Shown one piece after another: positions 27,895 to 42,700 of a DNA stretch of 64,000 bases. The notes under the pieces were generated by a model that did not search any database, was not told the origin of the DNA, and saw only the letters and a program-made list of their open reading frames with translations. Each line of letters begins with the position of its first letter. The first letter of the stretch is position 1. The translations under genes and the position numbers were made by a program. Source of the stretch: Eledone cirrhosa (taxonomy: Eukaryota). The stretch is taken from positions 64,914,001 through 64,978,000 of the forward strand of contig OZ024740.1 of assembly GCA_964016885.1 (NCBI GenBank), written 5' to 3'.

Positions 27895-28842
27895 TTCCTT
27901 GCTCACATTCCAACCAGGTTTGATGGTCTTTATTCTCTCTCGTTCACGATTTCACCGAACTTCATGGAAATTTGGGACTTGACTCCTTCTTCCTCACTTT
28001 TCGTTGCTTCACCATCTTTGTTTGTTTACACTTTCGTGTCCCCTTTATTTACGTGTCCAACGACTTTTTTTAGCCGTTGCTTGCACCAACCCGAGGTATA
28101 TGGTCTTTAAAGCGATGAAATTCAATGATGGTTGGAAGATCACTGATGAAGGACTAACTTTATTCATATGTAACCCATTAGCAACAACTCAGCAAGTTTA
28201 TTCTCATATTTTCACATATTTTCCCCCCCGCTGTGACCCGTCTATTTCGTTCTTACTGCTTCCTCTTTCTCTGTATCTTTACCCTCTCTAACAGACACTC
28301 TCTCTGTTAGCCTCTTCCTCACCCTTCACTCACTCACTCTGTGTTACTACCTCTCCTCCTCCTCCTTCTTCCTGTTCGACCTGTGGGTAATTCTTTTCTT
28401 TCGCACCCTTGGTCAGGCAGGTTGCTTTTTTTCTCTCTCTCGTCTACGATTTCACAGAACTTACGGTCACCGAATTCACAGACTATATCCCTTCTTCCTC
28501 CCGTTAGACCTGTACGGAATTCCTTCCTTGCTCACATTCGAACCAGGTTTGATGGTCTTTATTCTCTCTCGTTCACGATTTCACCGAACTTATATTTATG
28601 GAAATTTGGGACTTGACTCCTTCTTCCTCACTTTTCGTTGCTTCACCATCTTTTTATGTTTACACTCTCGTGTCCCCTTTATTTACGTGTCCCAACGACT
28701 TTTTTTAGCCGTTGCTCGCACCAACCGGAGGTATATGGTCTTTAAAGCGATGAAATACCAATGATAGTTGGAAGATCACTGATGAAGGACTAACTTTATT
28801 CATATGTAAGCCATTAGCTACCACACAGCACGTTTATTCTCA
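27895..28842. repeat. ~320-bp direct duplication (27895-28210 and 28524-28842)
   Basis: ttccttgctcacattc...gtttattctcatat occurs twice with high identity. Confidence 0.8.
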
Positions 28843-29525
<683 letters not shown>

Positions 29526-29544
29526 CATTTCATTTTCATTTTAT

Positions 29545-29872
29545 TACAACATATATATATATAAATACAATATCGGAGAAAGCTTTTTAGCGATACTCCG
29601 GCCAAATTCCAACTCACTCAACAAACATTAGGAAATAAGTGATTATATTCCAAATTATGCGTTCGGGGTGCTAACTAAAAGTATTGCGTGGAAAATTGGC
29701 TGTATTAATTCATATGAGACATATCGAATATATCGCTTCCCAGACGGACGCCTCGTTTCATTATAGGATTCCTACAATTTGGGTTAAATTATACCAATTT
29801 ATGTAGGAGCTTGTATACCATCAATAGATATATATTCAAGTGGGCTCCTATAATTCATCAGTGGGTGCTCCA
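29545..29872 (-). mobile_element. HHR-family G element in (TA)n
   Basis: Starts just upstream of a complete HHR; related copy at 15398-15545. Confidence 0.75.
29736..29868 (-). ncRNA. Type-I hammerhead ribozyme with ~75-nt insertion in stem II
   Basis: Minus strand: ccca-CTGATGA-attatagga...tcctataat-GAAA-cg(aggcgtc)cg-TC-tggg; 9-bp perfect stem II base, GUC site. Confidence 0.8.
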
Positions 29873-29915
29873 ATATATATATATATATCATATATATATG
29901 TTTATATATATATAT

Positions 29916-29988
<73 letters not shown>

Positions 29989-30102
29989 TATATATATATA
30001 TATATATTTTTATATTTATTAAAATAACAGATTCAAGTTTAAGCAAAGAATCGTTGCTTTCACCCTTAACGGGATCTTCTGAAACTAACAAAGTCAATCT
30101 GT

Positions 30103-32103
30103 AAACGCAGAACTGGATATTTCAAAAAACGATGCAACCGGAGGCGGACAGGAAGACGAAACTTTGGTTCGTGGAAACGTTCGCTGGCAAGGAACCTGAA
30201 AAAAACGAATATACGTCATTAATAGGAGCGGTGAAAAACAATTACGCGCAAAGACAGAACCACGTTTATGGTATAAAAGAGGTCGTAGACTAATGTTCTC
30301 TTAGGTGGTGCATAGAGACGTTCTCTGGCAATGAACGAAAAAACTAAGATAATACGTCATATGTGTAGCGTAGAGAACAATAGCAAGCAAAGACAAAACC
30401 ACGTAAATGGTATAGCAGAAGTCATAGACTAAAATTCTAACTAGGAGACCAAATGAATCTCCGCTACAGAGTTAAGAACAAAGTAAATAAATACAATACA
30501 AAAGTAATAGAAATAAATAAATGCATACACGCAAACAAATACGTACATACACAAGCATACGCAAAACCTTACCATAGGTATACAAAACCACGCACATATA
30601 AATGTGTGTGTGTGTATGCGTGTATACAAATAAAAATATCATATAAACGTATATAAATAAATAAATACTTATATAACAAGCGTACACACATACCTACATA
30701 TAAATACACGAATGTTCGGAGACGTAAGTCAACTAAAACAAGAAGTACACATATACACACACCCACCATACGTACGGACCACATACTCACACAGACGCAA
30801 AACTCCCATGTACACATAGCCAGAAAATATAAAATTATATGCCATAACAATCAAATATACGTACGAGAAGTTATACGTACCTTCACAAAACATACGGGTA
30901 ATATCTACTTACCTATGCAAATAAGTAAAGGAATAAACAAAACATATACTTAGCTCCCACATCAAGACGTAAATTATCCACGTATAGATCGTACTATCCG
31001 TTAGGGTATAACGTGGGGCTGTAATACAGGAAAGTTTTGTGCAATTTATGTTTACAAGCCGAAATTGCCTCAGCTTTTTTGTTTAAGATGTGGTCTGTGG
31101 CGTAGTGTATTTCCAGGGCCTCCGGGGCGCAGAGGTCACATGGTCTTTTATTACCGTTATACGATCTAGCCCTAGCTAGGATCTCCCAGTGTAACTTATA
31201 TTGGGTGTGATTGTCTTTTAGACTCCAGATATAAGCTGAAAGTGACGTCATATTCCTTCTTAGAGGGTAACGAAAAGAATGGGTATGCATGTAATGACGC
31301 TGCTTGAAACTATTGGCGGTTAACCCTATGTAGGCCCTACGGGACGTGGGTGTTACAACCTTACATTTGTAGACAATGTTACTAGAGAGGCATTTCCCGG
31401 ATAGGGGGCAATCAGCCCGATTCCTACAATTACAGTTAGTACTACCTACAGGGTTGCACGTGTTCCTACGGCTAGGTAGTTTAGCTAAATTTGAAGCTGT
31501 GATGTTATGTGCAAGGTTAGGAGACATAGAGTAAGAAATTTTAATAGTATTTCTATTAAAAATTTTACTATATTTATGTGTAGGGGGAAAATGCTTCGTA
31601 ATAAGGGAAAGAAAGATTTAGCTAATGGTGTGGCCACCTCCATATTATATGGTGGGTTATACCAACAAATGCGACGGGATCTATTTCTTCTCGGTCTATT
31701 TTCGTACTCTGTATATGCTACCTTATCGACAAATCCACTTCGAGCAAGAGCTTCATTGTAATAAGTGGAATGGTCGTTGAAAATACGCTCGTTGGTGGAA
31801 ATACGGGAAAGCCTCAACGAAACGCTTCTTACCAGCTTCTTGGTTACGCTGGCAGGATGGTTGGAATGCTTACTTATGTAATTAAGCGTATCATTCGGCT
31901 TTCTATACGGGTAATACGACCCATTCTATAAATTGAGGGTAACGTCGAGGTAATTAACGACCGAGAGATTGGCCTCAACCTGTATAGAGAGGTCGAAGCA
32001 TTTAAAGAAGGTTGTGAGTTCTTTTTCTGAACCTGTCGCAAGCACGAGGTCCGCACTGAGTCATGGTCAAAAGACCATCGTCACGGTATAAACCACCGCC
32101 CGC
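30103..32103 (-). mobile_element. Second 5'-truncated Naiad-type Penelope-like element with ~0.9-kb 3' UTR
   Basis: GGGLYRDDGL at ~32070-32100, SNHP, WYNPP, then GIY-YIG; the 3' UTR holds a diverged ~140-bp tandem pair (30190-30450). Confidence 0.88.
30994..31527 (-). pseudogene. PLE GIY-YIG endonuclease domain (open segment of a frameshifted ORF)
   Basis: CNCRNRADCPLSGKCLSSNIVYKC...AYIGLTANSFKQRHYMHTHSF...CDLCAPE...LNKKAEAISACKH. Confidence 0.9.
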
Positions 32104-32277
32104 GTTATCTCCCTTCCTTTGTTGAAAAAAGAAGTAAGTAAGATAGTAACTACTTTAATATAATAGCGCAAGTTCTTCAAAATGTTTTAAATTAAACATA
32201 CAGTATATTACCAAATATACTATATATACATTCATGTATACATCGGTATTTCAGAGCACCAATCCAATCCTAATTTT

Positions 32278-32701
<424 letters not shown>

Positions 32702-32702
<1 letters not shown>

Positions 32703-33300
32703 CTAGCTGAGGTGCCCATATTGGCCCGGGAGAAGAGCCTAATAGACGGATAAAAAGGAAAGCAACTGTATTGGATGTGTTTTGTGGTTTTTCTACAGTA
32801 GCAGAGATAATAATATGGGCGAATGCGCGCGCGCGCGCGTGTGTGTGTGTGCAGGTGTGTGTGTGTGTGTGTGTGTGTAGGTGTGTGTGTATGTGTGTGT
32901 GTGTGTGTATGTGAGTGAAAGCGAGAGACAAAAAAAATCATAGAACTTCCTTATTAAGCTGGGTGAGTAAACTGCCGATTAAATGGTAGCATTGGCCTTG
33001 GATTTTAAATGTTGTGAAATAACCATAGTCAGTATGATCTTTTTCAGCCCCAAAGGACGTCATCTGAAACATAGCAATATACTGCATAACATTGCTTCTG
33101 AAGTGTTTAGCTTCGTTAGTATGGTCTGTAAGCACTATATATTTAAAAGCTGGAGGATCCTCTATCAGTGGACGTTTGATCTTTCCTCCTAAGCAACACA
33201 TGCCAAGTGTAATATCCATGCTACCAATCACGACTTTAGGATTATTCTATAATTCTTCGATGGATCATTTGAAAACGCAGCTCTGGTAAATTAATATATA
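32702..33300 (-). mobile_element. Non-autonomous Helitron remnant (Rep/Hel N-terminal fragment and CTAG 3' end)
   Basis: ORF 32938-33231: CCLGGKI...PP...HFRSNVMQYIAMFQMTSFG...FKIQGQCYHLIGSL; minus-strand end cccgggccaatatgggcacctcagCTAG|t at 32703-32730. Confidence 0.75.
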
Positions 33301-33704
33301 CCATAGATTAATTTCAAATAGTATCAATTTTTTCTATGTTCTGTAAAATCAAAGTCTGGTGTAAAACGACTTCATAAAAACTAATGCAATATTTTTGAAC
33401 AATCAACTGATATTTTGATATATATAGTTTAAGCCAATTCTAGACTTTTGTGGGACACCAACCTCTCTGTCTCTCTGAATATCTAACACTTTAAATGTAT
33501 CTCCCCCTGTATAATGGCCTATCTCTCTTTTTCTGCCCCTCTCTCTGTCTTTCTGTCTCTCTCTCTCTTTAGATGTGTGTGTGTATGTGCGTGTTTGTTC
33601 GTTATGCCAGTCGTCACAGAAATCTATGTATACTCACAAACACATACACTCTCACGTACATTTACACACATATACTTCTCAATCACCACATATTTATGTG
33701 TAGA

Positions 33705-33747
<43 letters not shown>

Positions 33748-34607
33748 AAATCTCTGTATATCTGTTTAAATATTTCCGTGAAATGTGTGTCTATGTAACT
33801 TACTAAGGCCTAACGTACGCCTCTAGTGGTATATTCATAATCTGAATAGGGTACTAAGTAAGAAACACTAGGTTAGATTTAATCATATTCGATGAAACAG
33901 TTATTACCCTCCTCACCAGACCAAGATCTTTGGCTGGAACTGGTACCATGTAGCTCAGTACAATATGTTTCGTCAAATTCTAATTCATTTTATCCTAGTA
34001 CCCAGTTCATATTAAACCAGTCCATGACATTCTCCTTGAAACCTATGTACCATACTCGATAACGCATCTTTTATTATCAAGATATTAATTTTGCACAGTT
34101 TCACGGCCACGTTAAGCACATTCAATCGGTAAACCCCATATTCCATTTTTGTTAGGCATATACACTTACCTTCCTCACCAGACCAGGGTATTTGGCTAGT
34201 ACTTGTACTATATAGCCCTGTACAAAATGTTTCATAGTCGTGATTTCTGCAACTAAATCGGCTCCCCAACATGACCCCAGTGAAGAGGGTAACTGTAACT
34301 CCAGCATCACTAAAACAAGAGCTGTCAAAAAGCGGATGATCTCCATGGCTATCCAATTCAACTAGGGGTTAAATAGCGTCACCAGCCTGCAATTGGCCCA
34401 GCTTGGTGAGCACGGCTACACCCTCTGGGGAAGTTAACCTCCGTGGAAATAATACATGCGATCTTCGTAACTGTCCTCTTATCTTGCCCTGGCTTGTCGC
34501 TGGACACATAGCTGCGTGGATAGAGTGGGTCCTAAGTTTGCAGCACAAGCACGTAGCATTGTTGTCTTTATGTGCCATTATTTCTTCTGAAGGGCGGTGG
34601 ATTGGCA

Positions 34608-34790
34608 GTATCGGTAGAGGATCGGACGCCATGCTTTCCTGCATAGTTACATCCCTTTACGATCTGAGTTCAAATCCCGCCGAGGTTGACTTTTCCTCTC
34701 ATCCTTACGGGGTCGATAAAATAAAGTACCAGTAATGCACTGGGTAATTGCTGGCCTTGTGCCTAAAGTAGAAACAATTATTTCTTCTGA
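34608..34790 (+). mobile_element. tRNA-type SINE
   Basis: gagttcaaatccc B-box plus family body. Confidence 0.78.
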
Positions 34791-35159
34791 AATACCGCAA
34801 TGGTGAAGTAGTGGCAACTTGTGCAGACTCGACCGAGTGGAAGAACATAGTCACAAGTCTACATATGGTGGCTCGAGCTTTAGACTAACGTCGCTGCACT
34901 GTTGAAATGAACAGCAACATATTTCGGTGGAGTCTTGCACTACTGAAAATCCCTTTTTAGAGACGCAATGCACACTCATACTACATGGGAATAGTCTAGA
35001 AACAAAGCCTGTACTATCATAAAAATGGTCAGCAGTCTGCAGTTGGCGGTGGTTCAAAATAGTAGGGAATTCGTTGAAGAGATAGCCATCTTCTGTAAAG
35101 AAGTGGGTGTTATCGCACACACTCATACACATGCACACACACACACGCACACACGCACG

Positions 35160-35240
<81 letters not shown>

Positions 35241-35827
35241 ACATACACCCCCCCCACACACACACACACAGATATATATAAGTTCGGACCAGTAAAACAT
35301 GATGTGATTCTTATCATTTTACATAACATTATATAAGCTATCGAAAGCTGTTTATCATGACAAACGGGAATAGAACCCGAATTATCATAAGACATCATAA
35401 CATTAAGCAATATTACATCGTCATCTCTACTTGTAGTAATAAGGAATTAGCTTTCAAAGGAAGAGAAATATCTCGACTATAAAGATATATTAATGACTAA
35501 AAGGCAACACTTTGAAACCAATGTAACTACTAAAATGCTAAAAGTCAATTGATATTTCGTGACAATATGCGTTATCTATAGCTATCTAAAATATATCGCA
35601 GTTCATTAATGTTTACTTTAATACCCAATTATCATTCTGCGAATTGTTATAACTATGTATGTTATTAAGAAGGCATTGTCAGCCTCATATAGATTTTATA
35701 CTTTTTTGTATTCACACTCACGAACCAGCAACTAGACACCCATACATTATTGATTCACGAATAATAATAATAATAATAATGTTTTCTTCTTCTCCTTCTT
35801 CTTCTTCTTGTTACTATTATTATTATT

Positions 35828-38800
35828 GGCGACCTACGTAGTAAATCGTATTATCGTGAGCTCCGCAAAGGTTTGTTATTTTCTGTTGTTTAACATTGCC
35901 ATTTATGGAAATTTTTTATTGTTAACTGTATATAAGTGCACATACATTGTTTTCTGAAAAGGACACTCAAAAAGATTGGAATCTTGAGCCCAAAATTTAA
36001 ACTTTTATAATTATCAAACAAAAATTTCTTAGAAAAAATCATGAACGTCTCACAGTCACACCTTCCTCACACCGACACCACCATTGTAAATATTACTATG
36101 TTCGCCAACACTAAAAATATAAGCAGTAACAATATTTTAAATTTGTCCCAGGCAGACATTCATTTCCCGCCATTACCAATGACTGCAGGTGTTAAAGCCG
36201 CCACCCCCACCACCACCACAGCGACAACAGAAACATGAAAAAAAATAAATTATCTCGTGATATCGAAACGAATTCAGCCAAAATGAACTCTTCCACTTAA
36301 AAGACGCCAAAAAAATGGTAAAGAAAGATGGGTACATGGTCAGCCTCCCCCCCCACCTAATAAAATGGAGCATCGGCGCCTATGCACCGTGTCTTATCGG
36401 ACAATTAACATAAAATCGCGCCGAGTGGAACGGGCATCCGAGTCCCAAATCCAAAAAGCTTTGGGACATGTGTGGGCAAATAAACCCCACATCAGACGTG
36501 GGCAGAAATATGGAACCGTGGATGTTCTTTGAAACACCACAGGAGGCCAGAGAACACTACATGGCCCATTAAGATGTGACGACTTCACACTCGTCCCAAG
36601 CTATTGTGGCCAGAGACTCGTGAAGATCAGGGTGACCCACGTTCCACGGGCCATCGAAATTCCATGGCTAATGGCTGCCGTCCTCGCCGGCATCGAAGCC
36701 AACACCAAGATAATCGAAATAGCGAAAGAAAAGCAGGAGAACTGGTCCGGATCTCGGATGGAGCTCCAGATCCAAGTTGACCAAAAAAGCATTGATAAGA
36801 TCCCAGAGGTAATAGACCTCAATGACGGCAGCCACCTCACCGTAATCGTCGAGGGCAGAAGCCTAGGTGTGTCGTCTGTGGTGAAGGAATCCACCTAAGG
36901 GCTTTCTGCCTTCAGGCTAAAAGGTTGAGGCCACCTCTCTTACCCACTCTAGTGAATCAACCATCAACACCACCAGCAGCAAAAATGGCAGCAACAACAA
37001 CAGAAGCAACTGTAACAGCAACAACCCCAGCAACAGTAACAAAACCAACACCACCACCCAACGCGCCAGAACTAGCACCAGCGCCTACACCATCCACCTA
37101 GTCACAACCAAAACCAACGCCTGTGGAAGATTTTCCACTCCCCGACCTATCGCAACTGGAGACAGATTGTGACGACGAGGAGTGGGAAACAGTATCAGGC
37201 AAAAAGAAAAAAGAAATAGAAACCAAAAAAGAAAAATTCCTCTTCCTGCCCCCTCCAAAAACAAAATACAGAGGGAAACAAATAAACTATCAAACAAAAA
37301 AGTTAGTACAGATATGCTACCATCCACACCAGCATCACCAACCCCATCACCACAAACACCAACACCATCACCATCATTAACCCCAACACCACCATCACCA
37401 ACACCACAAAAGTCACCAAAAGCGAAACAGAATCAAACCCACAACAAACGCAAACAAAACAAAACAACCAAAACAATACACACTGCACAGCATTAAATTT
37501 GAACAACAACCAATTATTACACTACACCCAACACAACATCAGCACCACAGAAAAAGACTACACAACAACCCAAAAGTTCACACCACCTCCACACATACAA
37601 ATCACTCGCATCACACAGAAAATGTACACAACACTAAAACAAAAATTCCCCAAAGACATCGGAGACTTCCGACAAGCACTCTCCAGGAGGATTTATAAGG
37701 ACATCCTTCCGGAGGAGGCCACCAGCAGTGAAAAGGATGGAAAAACCGTCCTTCCCCTACGAGAAGTAAGGTAAGTGGTCTTTCCCATCTTTTCCACTCC
37801 TTTTCAACATGACCTCACTCAGAATAGGCAGCATAAATGCGCGTGGCTTGGGGTCGTCATGGAAGCAGGGCCCCTTGCTCAACGACCTCTAGTCACTAAA
37901 CATAGATGTAGTGGCCATCAGCAAGACCAAAATCTCCGAAGCACGGGCTTTCGCACCGATCTTCCGCGGCTATGATGTGTACGAATCTCCCAGCCGTCCT
38001 GGATCGGGGGGAAGAGCTGCTGTGCTTTTTCGGAGATGTTTGGCTCTCGCCATACGGGCCATCTTCCTGGACCCAGAAGCTAAGTTGGTGGTGCTGGACG
38101 TGACCAGCGGAGACGGGCAAGCTTTCAGGCTAGTGGCCGTCTATGCCCGGACAGGAGCAGGGTGGCCTGATTTCTTCCGGCAACTGGAGAACTTTCTTGG
38201 AACGTCCCGCTCTTTAGTGTTAGTGGGCGACTGGAACGGGATCTTAGATGCACGCTGGGACAGTGTGGGAATAGCGGATCGGTGAGGAGGGTGCAAGAGC
38301 CTCACCAACCTGCTCAGGCGTTTTGAACTGTCTGACAGGTACCGATTTTATTTCCCGAATGTCCCAATGTGGACTTGGACAAATCGCATAGGGTCGTCCA
38401 GATCATATATAGATAGAGTATTTTGTATGGAAATAGATAGGTCTAGCATAGGCTGTCCACAATTCAAGATAGTCAGCTACACGGACCACAAATTCGTGAT
38501 CTGTGTGCTTGACTTAGATAGGCTTCATAGACGAGGACCCGGCTACTGGAAGCTAAACGCGTCCTTACCAGCGCGCTAGGCCTACAGAGACCGGATTAGC
38601 GTTCTAGTTAAGCGAGCGTTGACGGGGGCCATCGTCAACAACAAGTGCTGGTTTTCTCTGAAAAGAGCGATTAGAATAAAGTCCATTAGATTTAGTACTT
38701 GCGGCGAAATTGGCCCTTGACCAATTCTTCAATGCAAAGCACGAAGGCTGCGTTGTCAGAGCTAGGGTGCGTACTCTCAGACACGAGGGGACGAAAGCCT

Positions 38801-41345
38801 TTCAAAGGGCCCGAGTGGCGGCGGCGCGTCGTGGCAACAAAGCCACGATCCGGTCTTTGGTGAACCACGACGGGCACATGCAATCGATTCCAGGCAAATG
38901 TGTGAAGCTTTCCAGCGACACTTCGCCCAGCTGTTCGGAGGAAGCGACGGGCCGAATCGAGGAATGAACTTTAGTGTCTACCGCGACGGACTGCCGCGGC
39001 TCTCGGCCACTGAGGCTGAGTATTGCGAAAAGCCGCTGAAGTACGGGAGGCAATGACTGGCTGCACAAGGGGTAAATCGCCTGGTTTGGATGGTCTGCCC
39101 TATGAACTTTACGTACAGATGCCAGACTTGTTCGGAGGCCTCTTGGCGGACGTCTACTGCAAATGGCAACAGAACGGGAGAATTTCCAGCTCTGTGAGCC
39201 GAGGAGCTGTGACGCTGCTGAGAAAGGATCCGAACAAGGGGGATAACATAGATAATTTCAGGCCCATAACTCTTCTTAACACAGAGTTCAAGATTTTGGC
39301 CAAGGTGCTAGCAAAGAGGTTGGTGGTCTGGTGGGAGAGGCGCAAACGTGCGCCATTCCCGACAGATCCATCCACGACCATCTCCACCTCATGCGATACA
39401 TCGTAGAGAGGGTAGCTAGGGAACCTGGCACGAGTGGGTCCTTGCAATTTAGATCAGTCGAAAGCTTTCGATAGGGTCGACCATCGTTACCTAGCGGCAG
39501 TCCTGAGGGCGGCTGTCTTTGGGCCCGTCTTCAGAGCTGGATCCCTGCCATGCACAGCGACATCTGTTCTGTGGTGAGAGTGAACGGTCACATTTCGGAA
39601 CCGTTCAACATCATGCGCTCGGTCCGCCAAGGATGTCCCCTCTCATCCCTCTTGTACGTATTGACCCTCGAGCCATTACTGCACAAACTGGAGACGTTAA
39701 GGAGGGTCCTGCGCGAACTAGGATGCGGAAGATCCGTGTCAGCATATTCGGACGATGTCACCGTAGTGGTGTCGAACGCCAAATACATCGGGGCGAACGG
39801 CACTACACTAAGAGAATACGAAGCGGTGACAGGAGCAATGATCAACCAGGAAAAATCAGCGGGACTGCAGCTCGGTACCTGGAGAGGCAGGTCCATGCCG
39901 TCTAACAGCGTCGTCGGGTGCTGGACGGACGGACCGGTTAAATTGCTAGGGGTCTGGTTCGGTCCGGACCTCCAGACGGACAAAAACTGGGACGAGGTGA
40001 CGAGCAGGGTGGCTTCTCTCACCCAGAAATGGGCGGAGAGGAAGCTATCCCTGAAAGGTGAGCGGAGGTGGCTAACGCGTACATCGGGTCCATCATCTAC
40101 TACCACCTGACCGTCGTACCTTGTCCTAAGCCCCGCCTGACTGCGCTGGAGCGTTTGCTCTTTCGCTTATTGTGGAAGGGACGCGCTCCGATGGTCAGAC
40201 GGTTCATCTGCTGTCAACACCCGCTACGTGGAGGGCTGGGCATGCCGTGGCTGATGATGCGCAGACACACGCTCAGGCTACTACATCTCCACCGCTTCCT
40301 CGACGGTGATCAGGCGTGGTCGCCGTTTGCTAGACACGTCTTTCCCCAGCTCGTCTCCTTGACGGAGCTGCAGTCCTGGGTCAAGCGAAGACCGAGAGGG
40401 AGCGCTTGGAGACTGGAATGTCTTCAGGCGCTCTCAGCCCTCGACCAATCGGGCAATGTGATCGGTGGAAACTCCACCTTGGCTGTCTATAGAGGATTAG
40501 TGGAGGGGAAAAGCGACGACATACTTGGAGAAACTCTAGGCGTCGACGAAAATCAACTAGCCAATCTCTTCGGAAGAACTTTCGGGCCGGGGCCTATGGA
40601 CAACTTCCAGAAATCCCTGGCCTTGCAGTGCTACCGAGGAGCTATGCCAGTTCGGGATAAACTCTACAGGCAAGGAGGTGCCGTCATTCGGGCATGTCCG
40701 AGATGCGCGCAGGGCGACGAAACTGTCCTGCACGCACTCGTCCAGTGTCAGAGAATTGCTGACTTGTGGGTTTATGTCGAACACCTGCTGTCGCGTGCAG
40801 TACGGATCCAGCTATCAGCTGAGTCCATCGTGAGGATTGCTCCACCCTCCTCCTTTAGCCGGGAAGGGCAGGTAGTTTTTATCTGTCTGGTGGCCATGAC
40901 GAAAGAGATAGTATGGTGGACACGTTTGAAAGGGCTGAAGACGAGCACTTACCTCTTCGGTGACCCCTGATTGACTTTTTCAAATTTCATTTGAAAAGGA
41001 AAATCAGAGTAGAGAGGGAAGTGCTCTCTTCCCAGAATTTTGTTGAAAGATGGGTGAGAGAAGCAAGAATGGCCCGAGTAAATGGGCCGATTCTGAGTAA
41101 GTGTCTGTAAATTAAAGGTGGAAACTGGGAGAGGGCAGGGTCACTGTGGCCTTTTAATTGGCTTTCTCCACAAATGTCCCTTGGAAGTCTCCCGCCTATT
41201 GGGGAATTTTTCATTGTTATTTTTGCGTTACATCCCCTGTTTTTGTTTTTTACACGCAGAAATGCCCATTTGTACCGTCCTGTATTGTCCTGCACTGTCC
41301 TTAATGTCTACTTTATGTAAACCTTTGTGGTTAATAAAGAAATCA
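35828..41345 (+). mobile_element. Full-length degenerate Tx1/L1-like non-LTR retrotransposon (related subfamily)
   Basis: ORF1 fragments 36041-37774; ORF2 fragments 37800-41110 (LVGDWN, TDH, KSPGLDG, QGCPLS, AYSDDV); AATAAA then (TAT)n; (TAT)n also upstream. Confidence 0.9.
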
Positions 41346-41421
41346 TTATTATTATTATTATTACTGATGCACATATTTACACATACATACAGTTATACAT
41401 ACATACAAACATACATACATA

Positions 41422-41679
41422 AGCTTCATACCCATTATTATTGGAGCTACGGGTTATATACCAACCCGCTTGGACCAAAGTATGACTGAACTTGGATTTG
41501 CGGACAAAAAGCGCAGCTCCCTAATTCATAGTCTACACATGGCTGCGATAGCTGGCACCTTCAAATTTTGCAAAACATTCTTGCGATTCAAGGGATGACA
41601 ATTTCTTTTCTTTTACTCCCTTGCCACCAGGAAGGTGGCCGGTCAAAAAAATATACTCAAAATTAAGAGAAAGAGATAA
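41422..41679 (+). mobile_element. 3' end of an R4/Dong-like RLE non-LTR element in (CATA)n
   Basis: Nearly identical to 54633-54890. Confidence 0.85.
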
Positions 41680-41699
41680 CATACGTACATACATACATA

Positions 41700-42220
41700 C
41701 ATGATGATGGCTGCCGCCTCGTTATCGAGTATAGCTATTGCACGATATACCATTATTAATAATTATTAATTAATTCTATGTATCGGTAGAGAGTTGGACG
41801 TCATGCTTTCTAGCATAGTTACGTCCCTTTACGGTTTGAGTTCAAATGCCTCCGAGGTTAACTTGGCCTTTCATCCTTACGGGGTCGATAAAATAAAGTA
41901 CCAGTAATGTACTGGGTTATTGCTGGCCTTGTGCCTAATATAGAAACAATTAATTAATTCTATCGTGCAATGCCTGTACATGAAGATATTTTTTAAAGTG
42001 AAGAAAGACTGTGCACTGAGCCAATCCCACTCTCTGAGCGACAGTAGTTATAACCCTAAAAGAAGAAACGATCAACATCATCGGTAGCTACCGAGCTGGC
42101 GGTTTTATGTCGGAGTTATTCCATTTTCCAGACTTGCCTTCTCCTAGAATAATGCCCTGACAAATGCTAGGGGTCCTTCACTCCCAGTGGTTTAACCATG
42201 CGATTGGGTAGCCAGCCAGA
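41700..42220 (-). mobile_element. RTE-derived SINE interrupted by a tRNA-type SINE (plus, ~41782-41955)
   Basis: 41960-42220 matches the RTE 5' UTR (52690-52950); 3' tail atgatggctgcc...ttgcacga also at 43058-43100. Confidence 0.65.
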
Positions 42221-42292
42221 TTATTTCTATTTACTTGCACATATACATGCACATACATATGTACATGTGTATATACATGTGTATATATACAG

Positions 42293-42700
42293 AGATAACC
42301 CCTTAGCCTTTGTCAAGGCAGAATTCTAGGAGAAGGAAAACTCTGATATAACACCTGCAACCCTGATGGTATCCAATGATGTTGACTTGTTCTTCTTTTT
42401 GGTAAATATCATCTTGGTTAAGAGAGTGGGACTGGCTTTGTGCAGTGCCTTTGCTCACTATAAAAGCTTCACGGCACAGGCATTGCTTAATATCTGGAGA
42501 TCTCTCTACACTTGTCGTCACAGGGTACAATGGGCCCAGCACTATGTGTCAGTAATTGTCACAAGTGTAGTGTTTGCACCAGAGTTTTCAAGTCGCTGGC
42601 TGGACTAAAAAGTCACACTCGTTCAGCGCATCGGTAGGGCTTCTCCTACATGGATATAAAGTAGTGGCTGTACTCGAAAGCGAGTTGGCAGCCACCATAT
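42293..42700 (+). mobile_element. Bipartite RTE-derived non-autonomous element
   Basis: Inverted near-identical copy of 7376-7780. Confidence 0.75.

Noticed and set aside
28140-28800. CTGATGA in both copies of the 320-bp duplication
   Set aside because: No stem II/GAAA/UH follows, so it is not a hammerhead
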